A stretch of DNA of 64,000 nt from positions 248,001 through 312,000 of the forward strand of contig NW_024704759.1 in NCBI RefSeq assembly GCF_018977255.1. The letters are read 5' to 3'. Source of the DNA: Callorhinchus milii. Lineage: Eukaryota. Made by a program: the position numbers and the translations under genes. This document shows, piece by piece, positions 1 to 13,800 of the stretch (positions are counted from its first letter, which is position 1; every line of letters starts with the position of its first letter). The notes beneath the pieces were generated by a model. That model saw nothing but the letters and a program-made list of their open reading frames with translations, was not told where the DNA came from and ran no database searches.

Positions 1-1820
1 CAGGTTCCTGTTCAAAAATAGGGCAACCAATGTGGGCACAACATCCCATAATGGATTTTGTGTCGGATTGTTCACCAGAAGAAATTCCTTTTTGGTTTTG
101 AAGTGCTGTGAAATTTTCCACCTGTGTGGGCAGACAGGACCTGGCTTTAGTCTCAGCCAAAGACCAGATGGCACAAGGGTGGAGGTTAGTGAGCACCGCA
201 AACATTTCCGTTCTCGAGATGCCTCCAGAACTGTTCAGCAATTTTGTGTCAGGTAGAGGGGGATGATTTAATTATTTACAAAGCTAGGAGTGTGGAATCT
301 CCTTATACTTACCTATCTGTCCTCTGGAGGGTGCAGGGAAAGTGCAGTTTCTTTCAAGCTGAGCTGTTCCAAGGTGACACAGTACACAACGAAATGTCAG
401 AACCGAGGCAACCATCTGTGGTGGTCTCTAGTTCAGTTCCTGAGGTAGACAGGTTTGCTGTACTCTAAGGCACTGCTGATGATAGATGACACAACCAAGC
501 TCATCAGGAGGACTTGGAGAGGTAGACTGGGAGCAGGGATTCTTCCCATTTGGTTAACTCGACAGTTTCCCCAATACACACTCTGGGTCTCCCAGCCTTT
601 CCTGTCAGCAATCTGTGCCTAATCGCCTCAGAAATGAGTTAAGCAGGATCCTTCTCTCATGAGAATGCACATTCCATTCCAGACACAGGGAAATTTCCAT
701 GTGTAACTAGTATTCAAATGTAGATCTCTGTCTGGTTTCCATTCTCTTAAGCATGGTGATGGGTTTCTGCATGTACGAAACACTCACATGATCAAAATAA
801 ATACCAGGCATCTAATACATGGCAGGTCATAGTAAAAATTCTGAGGTTTTATTGATTATTGATTGCTTATTGATTGCATCCTGTTTATTATTGTACTTGG
901 AAAAAGTAGCAACAACAAATTTCGCCGCTGTTTTCTCCACATTTCCAATCCATTATCGCAATATGAAATGGAACATTTCTTAACTAAGAAACTACGTTTT
1001 GAAAGCAAACAGAAACTAATGACAGCTTAGTGTTGTTTTATTTCAGACAGAGCTATAATAACATAAAACATTTTTTAAACAGTATAGAAAAACATTCCAG
1101 TGAAAAACACCCAAAGATTTGGTCAATATTAATACCCAGCCTATTGCATCAGCTCTGAGCATCAACTATAAACACTTGGCAGCAAAACAAAATGGTCTGT
1201 TTACAGAAATATAATTATTTAAATACAAAACACAGGAAAAAGTATAAACTTTTATAATAAAATGCTTTGGTTGAAGTTATTTTAGTAAAAAGATATATAA
1301 TTTTTCTGAACATTTGCTACTAACAGAATGGAACACATATTTCAGCAAAGTCAATAAATGACCAACAATCGCTAATGGTTTGATGTCAAACTGGTCCCTA
1401 GTGACCTCTGGGTGCTGGGAACCCAACATCCATTGTGACTAGTCGCCAACACCATCATCAATAACCAGTATTATATTACTGCTGGTGACAAGCAGGTGCT
1501 ATACTTTAGGCTTGCCAATCATTCAATAAACTTTTAACTTGTCTCCCCTTTATGTTACAGACCTTCAGCGCCAAGCTCTATGAAGCACCATCTTGACTTG
1601 AAGCTTTTGTTTGTATTAATTCTAACACTTGCTAAATGGGTATAAATTTACTCAGAATTGAACTCAGACTTTAATTAAACTAAACTGGAAGGGATTGCAG
1701 TAGAAATCATGTCCAAGGAGAAATGTTCTATGGTTCTGTGCATTGTTTGAATCATGAACTATTATTCAACATCAGAAAGCTTAAAAAATAATTGAGTATT
1801 CTGAGAATTGAACAAAGTGT

Positions 1821-4800
1821 TCAAAGGTGAAACCTTGGTCCTGGGATGGCAATGATGTCGGCATAGGGTTTTATTTGGGAAAATATAAGTACTGATTGTT
1901 TCTTAAGCATCAGAAAACTGTAAAATTTGACTGCTGCCTGCTTACGGTTATTGTTTCTGCACAACTCCAGCAAGCTGAAACACTTGGCACTTGTGCTTTG
2001 ATGGATTTTCTGTGAAAAGGAATTGAGTAAAGTAAACCGTAGCATGAAGAAAAGCCAAATAAATTTGAACTGGTGTTGTTATACAGATAATAATAATTAT
2101 TCTTGCATTTGATATACCGCTTTTCATGTCTTCTGGACGTCTCAAAGCGCTTTACAGAATATACTATAAAGTGAATTGACTGTATATTTGATGCCAATTA
2201 TTGAGAACGTGGAGGAAGCTGGTGTACTGAGCTCCGTAGACTGGGGTAATATTCTTTAGAGCGGAGATGGATTATTTGGTTGAGGTATTTAAAATAATGA
2301 AGGAATCGACAAGTAAGATAGTGGATGATCTATTACAAGGATTACTTAAATTCAGAATTAAGGACAGTTAGAACCGACGTCAGGAAGGATTTCTTCCCAC
2401 ATCAGGTCATGAAAGTGTGTAACCCTCTGCCCCAGAGAGCAGAAATGGCAGAATCGATAGGATTGTTTTAAACAGGAGGACAAATACTTGGGCAGTGGAG
2501 ATATCACGAAATGTTGGGGCATTGGGATAAAAAGATCTTCCATGATCTAATAAAGTGGTAGAACAGTCTCAATGTCCTGTTACTGTTTTGCTTTGTTCCT
2601 ATTAGGCAGCAGGAGAGACGAGAGGTCAGGCTGACGAGTGTCACTGAGCAGTAATCCTCAGGTTGGGTGGGGGCCTGACCCAGGAATGGCTCTGCGAATA
2701 GCAGAAGCTGGCAACGGCCTCAGTCAATAATGCTGCCCAGTGGTTTGGAGGAATGCTCTCCCAAAAGGAAATCCTCAAAAGGTTGGTATTAGAGACCGCG
2801 TCAATATTTACAGTATTAACCCAGCATTAGCACCAAGAGGAAGGACTAGGAAAGATCCACCAGCTTCATAACAGCAACACTTACTTTCATTAAATGTAGC
2901 AAGATAAAATGTTCAACTTTTGGCTCTATAAAGAAGCCTTTCATTGTTGCTTTATTATTGTAGAAGCCTGATCTTTTCACACAGAGGAAAAAAGATAAAT
3001 AAGTAACTCTACTTTCAGAACTCTGCCGCCCGCATACTGACCTGGACCAAACTCTGTCCCCATATCTCACCAGCTCTGGCCCAGGCTCCACTGGCTCCCC
3101 ATCACCAAACAGATCGACTTCAAGATCCTCACTCTCGTGTTCAAATTCCTTCACTCCCTGGCACCTCCCTCTCTCTCCGACCTTCTCACTCCCCAATCCA
3201 CTACACATCGCCTCCGCTCGACCGGTACTGGCTCATCCCTCGCACCCTCCGTCCCACCATCAGAGGTCACGCATTCAGCCACTACGCCCGAACACTCTAG
3301 AACACTTTCCCTCAATCCCTCCACCTTGCCCCCTCTCCCCTTTTTGTCAAGTCCCATCTGAACACCTTCCTCTTCGACCATGCTTACCTGGTCACCCCCT
3401 GTCCCCGGCTCGGAGTCAGGCTCCACCACTGTTAAGCGCTATGAGAAGCTCCTCTGCGTGGAGGGCGCTGTATAAGTGCAAGTTATTGCTGTACTCCATT
3501 CGTAATGTTCCCCTCTGCTAGTGTTTAAAGCTCCTTGAATTAGCTTATGAAAAATTAAATTATTTTGACAGCTGTTGCTGGTTAGGTCCCTACCTGTAGG
3601 TTGTGAAGTAACAGTTGAGTTCTTTTGTTCCACTTTCTCTCATCATAATTATGAGCTTCATAATGGCTCCTCCTTGGCTCCTACATAACAGACTACAGCT
3701 TAAAATGAGTTAACTGTTATTTAAAAATCTCCATTAGAATTCTCACCTGCTTGTTGGCCTTCCCAACTCCTCCCTCCACAGCCTGCAGATCATCCAGAAC
3801 TCTGCAGCGGGTGGCCTCTCCCGCACCAAACTGCATGACCCCGTCTTCCCCACTCTCGGCCGACTCCATTGGCTCCCTATCCTTCAGAGGATCTAGTTCA
3901 AGATCCTGACCCTCACATACAAAGCCCTCCATGGTCTCGCCCCACCCTACCTCTGCGACCTCCTAACCCTCTACCAACCCGCCTGTTCCCTCCGCTCAGC
4001 CGGCACTGGCTTCTCCACGTTCCCCAACCCACTCGCCCCATCATTGGCGGGAGAGCCTTCAGCCACTCTGCCCCCAACCTCTGGAATTCCATCCTCCAAT
4101 CACTTTGCCTCACCGCCTCCTTCAAGTCTAGCCTCAAAACCCTCCTCTTCGACCATGCCATCGGTCACCCCCCCTTCCCCTCCCCTCCCTCCTCCACCCC
4201 TGACCCCAGCTTGGGTATGAAATGCTGTCATTGTCCAGCGCCTTGGGATGTACTCTCGACGCGAAAGGTGCTATACACATGTAATCTTGTTGTTGTTTAA
4301 ACCATTTACTACAACAATATGGAGTATACTTTCAATCTTCCATTTACTATTACATGAATGTAATTATGAAAGTTTCCACGAGCAATCACTGGGACTTCCT
4401 TATTTTGCGAATATACAAAATAATATACAAAATCTTCTGAATTGACTCACATCTTCCATTTCTTCACCTATTCTTTTCTGCCCAGTAGGTGGATGACTGA
4501 CTTCAAGAGGAAGGTCCACCGATGTTAAGTGTACGGTAAGTATTTCCTATTCAATGCAACAAAACTATGTGGAATTTCTACAGTTACATTATGATCCAAC
4601 AAATCAACTAAAACTTATCCAGAACAAGATTGAATTTTCAAAAGTTTGTATCCTCTTAATTGTTAATATAAAGGTGTTTGTGCCAGTATAAATCACTTAG
4701 TATTGACTACTGGGAACCCTAAAATGTCTTGATTAGAATTTGTGGAAATAATTAAAATTAAGTAACAAAGACTGAACAACATATAGATAGCAAAGTCAAC

Positions 4801-7800
4801 AAATCAAAACATTTCAAAGCATGTCAGAGTTTTCTGTAAAGTATAATGACATTTATTTAATCTGGGTTCTTCTGCTTTGTTGCCTCTTTGCAAAATAAGC
4901 ACCCTACTATTGAAAAAGATACCAAGGTGCTCACCTTACCACTGGCACAAGCAAACTTACCCCCACCTCCTGGCACACTCAGCATGCTCCCAAGCTCCAG
5001 GATTTCTCCTACAGTGCCAAATGCCTTGGCAATGATCAGGAGACACTTCACTTAAAAAGGCAGCAATTGAGATTAGAGGAGACATTTTCACACAGTGATT
5101 TGTTCGAATATGAAATGCTTTTCTAAAGTGGCTATTGACGCGAAGACCTAGCAGCATTTAAATGGGAAACGGATAAGTCATGAAGAATAACGATATATAA
5201 GAGTACAGGAAAAAAAACAGGGAATTGCAATAAAGAGAAGCTAGCTCCAGTGCATCTGTAGTTTGGTCTGCGTTCACAGCAAAACGTAATGTATTTACTA
5301 TCTATCTTCACAGATAAGCAATATGAAATGCACGCACAATTATCAGACATTGGTCAAACAGTTCACAGCATTGTTCAGTGCACATCTTGGAAACAAGTAG
5401 CAGTTCAACAAAATGCAATACAGAAGGATGCAAAGCTTGCATCAGAATAGGCCATTTTGAACCTATTCTGGTGCTTGCTTCCTAGAGCTGTATGACATAA
5501 GTAAATGTGATCTAGAGCTTGCCTACACAGTACATTTCGCCCACAAAATACATAGTCAATTCATTTTGCAGTATATTCTGTGAAGCGCATTGAGACATAT
5601 CTAAGATGTGATATGGCGCTATATCAAACACAAGGATTATTATTAGTAGTAGTAAAAAAGACAGAATAGTTTGAGAAAGATTGCAGGGTGGGTGGAAGCT
5701 ATCTGCTTCAAAGTGCCAACGGCCTTTACATAAACATTTTGTTATGTGCAGCAACTGCTGCTGTTGCTGGAAATATGATTTCTGACCCAGACTACTTGGG
5801 TTTCAATTGATCATCACAGAAGAACACAAGGCAACTCTTTCGTAACTCTGTTACTTCTATTTTCACTCCAAGTTTTAAATCACTCTCCTCGCATTCCTCA
5901 GGAACATTTCAGATCTACGAATATATAATAATTCTTTAATTTGTTATAGCAACTTATCACGTCTTCAAGACGTCTCAAAGAGCTTCACAGAATATACTGC
6001 AAAATGAATTGACTGTATATTTTGTGGCCTAAGGATACAATCCCAGCACCAGACAAGAAATAAAACCTTTTCCCTATCCTCAGACAACTATGCTGCTCAT
6101 TAAGACTAAAACAATCTGTATCTACTTCAAGAGACTTACAGATGCTGGACTTCCTTTTTCAGTTGCCTTATCCTTCTTATTGCTTCTCTTCCGAATTAAC
6201 ATTGATGTATGATCAATGCTGCTTCGATCGGACTCAATTAATGTAGATTCGTGCATATGACTTGGCTCCTCCATAATAGGCAAATCTGCTTCAAACCCAG
6301 TAAGAAGCAGAACAAATAAAAGCAGTATCATCAAACTCCAAGGTTAAGACGTGTTTGGTTTAAAAACAGATACGACCTGATTCCTGACTAGCGAGCAGGC
6401 CAAAGATCTATAGCAACTTATAGCACAGATTGTTAACAGAATAAACTTGCAGTAATTATATCACAAATGTGAATTTTCATGCACAAATGCCATTAATCAT
6501 CATCTGTTATCTGAATTTTTTAAATATTTAATAACATGCTTAAAAACAATTTAGCGCATACAATTTTGAAGCATTAATAATATAGCCGCTATACTTTACA
6601 CATTATATATATTTAAGTTTACATTGAAAGAACAAACTGTAGGAGATACTGTGAGTTACTGACCAATCACATTGTGTGGCTCACTTCTCATTGCTTCAAT
6701 TTCACACTCTCTGCCAAACTCCTCACTCTGACCGTTCACCTCACGAGGCAGGCCTTTTGTCAAGCATCTTGTGAACAACTAACAAAGGTAAAACATACAT
6801 CAGGGATGTGTTATGTTTACCTCCTCCTCTCACTGATCACTGTTGCTGTAGTCTGAGCAATGAGATACTGTCATTTAACAAGAATTGAACTGCCAGTTTG
6901 GGTTTATTGAGATTTCATGTGCTTTTTCATAGATTCCTCTGCCTACTCCCTAAAGCGTGCCACTAAACAGGTGTGGTGCTAAACAGATGTGCCACTAAAC
7001 AGATGCAGTATATAATTACTACAAACAAGTTAGCTTGTTTTGGGCAGGAATCATTGACTGATTAAATGCTTTAAATAATCAACTGATTAAACGCTTTAAT
7101 CAGTGGATTCTCTTCCAGGACAATAAATAACCACAGAGGAAATTTGTTTTGTCCATGAAGGCGATAAGTATTGTATGAGGTTACTGTTCAATATCTCAAA
7201 TCGGATGTAATAGTAATAATAATCCTTGCATTTGATATAGCGCCTTTCTACGTTTGGAGACGTTTAAAGTACTTCACAGAATATACTATATAATTGTGTA
7301 TTTTGTGGGCGAAATTGAATGTATTTTATTCAATTTTTTTGAAACACTAGAGTTGGATCTTTAAGTACTTTTGGAGGGAAGCAACAGTGCTCATTTGATA
7401 GAAATGTTTAATTGAAAAAACTGTTCTTAGGGTGATCCAAGTTTGTACCATTCTTCGAGGTATTTGAAATGGGAAAAAGTCTAAAAATAAACAAGTTACA
7501 TTTAATAAATAAATAAACAAACAAACTAATTAATTTTAAAAAACACAAGTTACCTTTAATAATCGACAGCTGATCAAGTACTGGGCCGGCTCTGATTGCA
7601 GCTTTTCCACTCCCCCTGACTCCTTCCAAATCATCAGCCTCTTGGTGGGCGGAGCCAGGTCTATCGTAGTGATGATATCTGAGAAGTCACTAATCCACTC
7701 ACGAATGGTCTTACTGTCAAGTTCCTTAACACAATCCACAGTGAGATTTCGACGCCTTTTACCCCTCTTTTTTCCTGAGGAAACTAACCACAAAAAGGAA

Positions 7801-10800
7801 AGGTAAAAGTTTAAGACTCACTTAACCATAATCACAAAACTGATATCGGGATTTTATAAAAACTGATGAAAACAATTTCTCTTTACTAATTCTTCCTTTT
7901 CTGTTCTCTCGGTACTTTCATTGTACCAATGTCTTGCACATTTATATAACTCAGATAGCTGATATAGCTGATCAGAGATAGCACACAAGGCCACCTGTAT
8001 ACAGTGGGTTTCCTTCATCTGTTTATAAGAACAAATTAATTGGTTGACATTAATTGTTTTTTAATTGAAAAAAGGGATAGAACAAGAAATAAACTGCTTC
8101 TTCCATTGACTAGCAGCAAAAATCACATAAACTGATCCGAGGTTTAAATCTATAAAACAAATTATGCAAATGAGCCTTGTTTCTCTAGCAATAAACAGAC
8201 AAACAATGGAACAGTGATATCTGAACTGGATAAAAAAATAAAACTCACCAGTAGTGTCAACTGGCTGTAGGGCAAAGCCCTTTTCTTCATTAGACAACAG
8301 GGTTGTTTGGTCACATGGAAGATGTTCCACTCGATGTATAAAATTAAGACCTTCTGAATTGCCTGTCGAGACAATTAAAAGTACTGTACCACCAATCTAA
8401 CTTGTTTCAGTGGAGACTGTAGATTGCCAGAATGTGCTGCTTGCAACTCAGAGACAGTTCGTATTCAGAGTGGTAATAATAAATAATATTTTTTCCATTT
8501 GATATAGAACCTTATTACATCGAAGTGCTTTGAAGATTTTGCTGTATAGTGTAGTGACTGTGTGTTTATAGGTGAACTGGCAGCAAATTTGTTCACAGCA
8601 ATGTCCCACAAGCAGGCAGGAAGTGAATAACCATTTTTTTCTCTGGAGGGTTGCTGGCCAGGACACTGGGAGAAACTCCCATCTTTTTTGAATAGGATAT
8701 GTAATGTCAACCTGAACAGGCATACTAGAAAAGTGCGACAGAAAATTATATCTGTGGAATTTGCTACAAACACCCTCCACTACAAACCCGCTATAAAATG
8801 TAGTTTCTGGCCCACTGGCCTCTCGCTGTTTACCTGACGTCTCTGTAGGTGGGACGGCTCCGGATGAGTGGGGAGCGCACGCGGCAAATAAGCTTCACTC
8901 AGGGGCCCCGCTGTTGTGATTTGTCTGTGAGTCTGTGTATGTGTGAGTGTGTCACTCCCCTGTGTTTATGTGTCTGTGTGTGTCTCTTCCATATGTGTGT
9001 ATATTTGAGTGTCTCTGTGTGTATATGTCTCTTTGTGTCTATGAGTGTGTGTCTCTCTCTCTGTCTGTGTTTGGTGCCAGGCCCTGAGAGGAAAGTGGTG
9101 AGCTCCTGTACCTTCACTGATGTCCCCCCCCAACCAAAAAAAAGGTCCATCCAGTTTTTGTTAAATAATAAAGCTTAAATTTGATACAGCGCCTGATCAA
9201 GTCTTCGAGACGTCTCAAAGCGCTTCACAAAATATACTGTAAAGGGAATTGACTGTTTATTTTGTGGGCGAAACTCAATTAATTAATTAAAGAAGAAATT
9301 AATATATATTTTTTGCAACAATCTAATCATCCTTCTATTCCAGGTTAATCCTGGAGGCGAAAGGCAACTCCAGGCTCCTGTTCTCCACCACCAACCAGTT
9401 CCTCTGACATCCCGGCCATGCCTTGCAGATTCTTTTCTCTGATTCTCAATGCTGGACTTCCTTGAGTCCAAAATCGAGGGAATCCGCTCAGCTGCCACTG
9501 TCCCCCCAACTATCAACCCCTCCCTACCACAAACCCACACTCTGACAATTACCTCCTTCCACACCTTTGAACCTGTCAACCCCTCTTCTGTCTTCACCAC
9601 CACATCCTCCATGAAGCCCACCACCTGCTCCCTGGACCCCATCCCCACTCCTTTCCTTAAATCCCGGCTCCACCTCCTTGCCTCACTACTCGCCGACATC
9701 AACCACCTCTCCCTGTCATCTGGCACTGTTCCTTTCCCCCCAAAACAGCCATTATCACCCCCACTCTGAAGAAACCTTCCCTTGACCCATCACAGCTATC
9801 TAGCTCCCAGCCCATCTCGAACCTCCCCTTCCTATCCAAGGTCCTTGAGAGCCGTTGCCTCCCAGCTTCGCTTCCCTGCCCTCGGTCCCCTCCTCTTCAC
9901 CCTCTATATGCTCCCCCTGTGGTGACATCATCCGCAGACATGGGGTTAACTTCCACATGTATGCGGATGACACCCAACTCTACCTTTCCTCCTCTACACT
10001 CAACTCCACGACCCCCGATGTCCTGACAGCTGTCTGTCCGACATCGAGTCCTGGACAAGAGATAACTTTCTTCAGCTCAACGTGCGTAAAACTGAGGCCC
10101 TCCTGATTGGCTCACGTCAGAGCCTCCGCACCTCAGGCGCTGACACCATCAGCATCCAAGGCCGCACTCTCCACCTCTCAAAGCCATCAGGAACCTCGGG
10201 GTTCTGTTCGACCCTGAGCTGTCCTTTCTCCCTCATATCCACACCACAACTGGCACCGCCTTCCATCACCTCCGGAATGTCGCCAGACTACGTCACTACC
10301 TCACCCGTCACGCGGCTGAAACTCTGGTCCACGCCTTTATCACCTCAAGGCTGGACTCTGGGAACTCTCTCCTCGCGGCCTTCCCGGCCCTCCCTCCACA
10401 CTGCAGGTCATTCAGAACTCTGCAGCTCGTGTACTGTCCCGCACCAGGCTTCGCGCCCACATCACTCCCATCCTCGCCCTCACCCTCGCCCTCGCTCGCC
10501 TCCACTGGCTCCCCATCCCCCAGAGGATCAAATTCAAGATCCTCACCCTCACCTACAAGGCCATTCACGGCCTCGCTCCCTCCTACCTCTCCGAACTATT
10601 ATCTCCCTACCTACCCGCCCGTACCCTCCGTTCCTCTGGCTCCGGTCTGCTCCACATCCCCCGCCCCAACCCCCCCTACCATCGGTGGCCGGGCCTTCAG
10701 CCTCTCAGCCCCGAGGCTCTGGAACTATCCCCCAGTGCCTTCGCCGCCTCCTCCCTTTCCTCCTTCAAGGCCGGTCTCAAGACCTTTCTCTTTGACCGTG

Positions 10801-13800
10801 CCTTCAGCTCCGCTCTCGACTCTCTACCCCCTCCTCGCTCCTTCCCTTCCCTCCCCTCACCCTGACCATTTCCCCCCTGCTCGGGTCCTGACCCAACTGT
10901 ACAGCGCCTTGGGACGTCCTCCTGACGTGAAAGGCACTCAATAAATGGAATCTTGTTGCTGTTGTTTCCTCTCCTCTCACTCCCTCCGTGAACCCCTCCA
11001 ATCGGGTTTCTGTGCTGCCCACAGCACGGTAACTGCTCAGGTTAAGGTCACAAACGACATCCTGACCATGTGTGACCAGGGCTCCCTCTGCCTCCTCGTC
11101 CTCCTCAAACCCTCCGCCGCCTTTGACACCGTGGACCATTCAATCCTTCTCCACCGCCTCTCCTCCCACCTCAACCTTCAAGGTTCTGTCCTTGACTGGT
11201 TCAGGTCCTACCTTTCACATCGCCTTCACTTCGTCGCAGCAAACGGCTTTTCCTCCAGCCCCCGCACCGTCTCGTGCAGTGTCCCTCAGGGCTCTGTCCC
11301 CTCCTCTTCACCCTCTACGTGCTCCCCCTTGGTGACATCATCCACAGACATGGGGTAAATTTCCACATGTATGCGGATGACACCCAACTCTACTTCTCTG
11401 CCTCCACCCTCAACTCCAGGACTGCTGGTGTCCTGACCGACTACCTGTCCGACATCAAGTCCTGGACGAGGGAGAACTTTCTCCAACTCAACATCAGCAA
11501 GACCGAGGCCCTCCTGATTGGCTCACGCCAGCGCCTCCACACCTCCCAATGCACCTGCTGCATTGGGAGCTGAGTGATGGGAAATATTTTCTAAAAAGGG
11601 AAGGAGGCCGCTTGCGCTGGATTATCTTTGGGAATCACAAAGTATTAATGCAGAAAAAACTGCAGGAGATGTAGTGATGGAGTCTACAATAGGGTAGCGA
11701 TTGCAATCTATGTGAAAAGAGTAGGCATTAATGCCTTTTTTGTTACATGATTTCTTTGTGCGGGTTTTAAAACTAACACAAAATCCTATGTATGTCGTGG
11801 GTGCAGCACCCTATGAAGCACATATTCATAGTTGAACTGTACCTGTCATATTGCTGACTGAGTTGTTATTTGGAAGAGGTTTAATGATTCCCTCGGCAAA
11901 ATCCATAAACATATTTTCTGCTTCACCACTCAGAAGCTTTTCTGAAAATAAAAAAAAGTTTTAGCCTGTTTGTGAATGATCTTTGTTAAGCCAGTTGAAA
12001 AGAGGCTATGCATTGAGAGAACTATTCTTTACTTGTTAATGAGTGGTCTATATGCACACCTAATTGGTTAATTAGGCCGGATAATTTACACAATAAAATA
12101 CGGCACAAGTTGCATCTCACAAAGAGACAGACCTGGCTGTAAAGTTGATTGTTTCTTACTCAAGGGCAGATACACTTGCACATCAACTACCATAGGCAAT
12201 TCATATATCTACTGAAAATTAGTAATAGTTTGATTTTTAATATTATTTACCTGGTGTTTATAATAAACCAATACTTTTCTGTATCTAGGAACTTGCAAGG
12301 GAAGCTGTGAAAGTGTATTTTTAAAAGAAACGATAGAAAATCTAAACAGATTGAGACTGGGAGTGTTTTCAAGGAGTTGGTTGAATCTCTTTTTTAGATC
12401 TATAATTCTGAAATTAATTTTAATTTTAAACAGACTTTAAAACAATTTATTTATAAAACAAAATAAATGTTTGAATATTTTGTTATAACACATTGGGCAA
12501 TCACATCAGGATTTGGATGCTCCTTTCCAATTATGACATGTGAACGTGAACAAAAAATATTTAATTTCACCCTTCTTACCAATTTGTTTGTTTTACATGT
12601 GTTAGTCTACTGTACAAACAGCCAAGTAGTGAATGGTTGTTTGACGTCACCCTTCATACAACATGTATAAAATTTTATTGTACAATATTCCTGACAGTCA
12701 TCACTACCCATCACAATTTCCAACTCTGTGAAATCATGAAAACAAAAAACAAACTGTATTATAGTCAAGGAAACCAAGGCATCGTTCTAACTAAGGCAAA
12801 TCCAATCTTGCATAGTTTACCTTTATGTTTGCTTAAATAAACAAACATGACACATACCCAATGTATCAGCTGCTCCCTCATCTCCAAAGCCATCATTCTG
12901 AAAGCTATTTTTATTGCTACTTAATGTGACAATTTCACTTGTACTATAGCCAGGGTCCTTTACTGGTGTTTGAGGAAATATTGATTCACTAGTACTTGTC
13001 AGATTGTCATCCAAGATACCTCCATTCTTCATCATTCCATAACCACCTGGCAAAGACAAAAAAGTTTCCTTAAATGTACAATTCATTCCATTCTAACAAG
13101 CAGACAGGATTTTCTTTCCTGTTAGAACTAAATACCAAGAAAATATGACTTTATTTTAGGCTGGACTATGGGAACTCTCTCCTCGCCGGCCTTCCCGGCC
13201 CTCCCTCCACAAGCTGCAGAACTCTGTAGTTCGTGTACTGTCCCGCACCAGGCCGCGCGACCACATCACCCTCGCCCTCGCTCGCCTCCACTGGCTCCCC
13301 ATCCCCCAGAGGATCGAATTCAAGATCCTCATTCTCACCTACAAGGCCATTCACGGCCTCGCTGCCTCCTACCTCTCTGACCTACTATCCCCCTACCTAC
13401 CTGCCCGTACCCTCCGTTCCTCTGGCTCCGGTCTCCTCCACATCCCCCGCCCCAACCGCCCTACCATCGGTGGTCGGGCCTTCAGCCTCTCAGCCCCCAG
13501 GCTCTGGAACTCTATCCCCAGTGCCTTCGCCGCTTCCTCCCTTTCCTCCTTCAAGGCCGGTCTCAAGACCTTTCTCTTTGACTGTGCCTTCAGCTCCCCT
13601 CTCGACTCTCTACCCCCTCCTCACTCCCTCCCTTCCCTCCCCTCATCCTGACCATTTCCCCCCAAGGCTCGGGTCCTGACCCAACAGTACAGCGCCTTCG
13701 GATGTCCTCCCGACATGAAAGGCGCTCTATAAATGGAATCTTGTTGTTGTTGTTGTTTAATCTGTTTCCTTTTTCACGATAGTGGAGCCCTGTAGCATAT

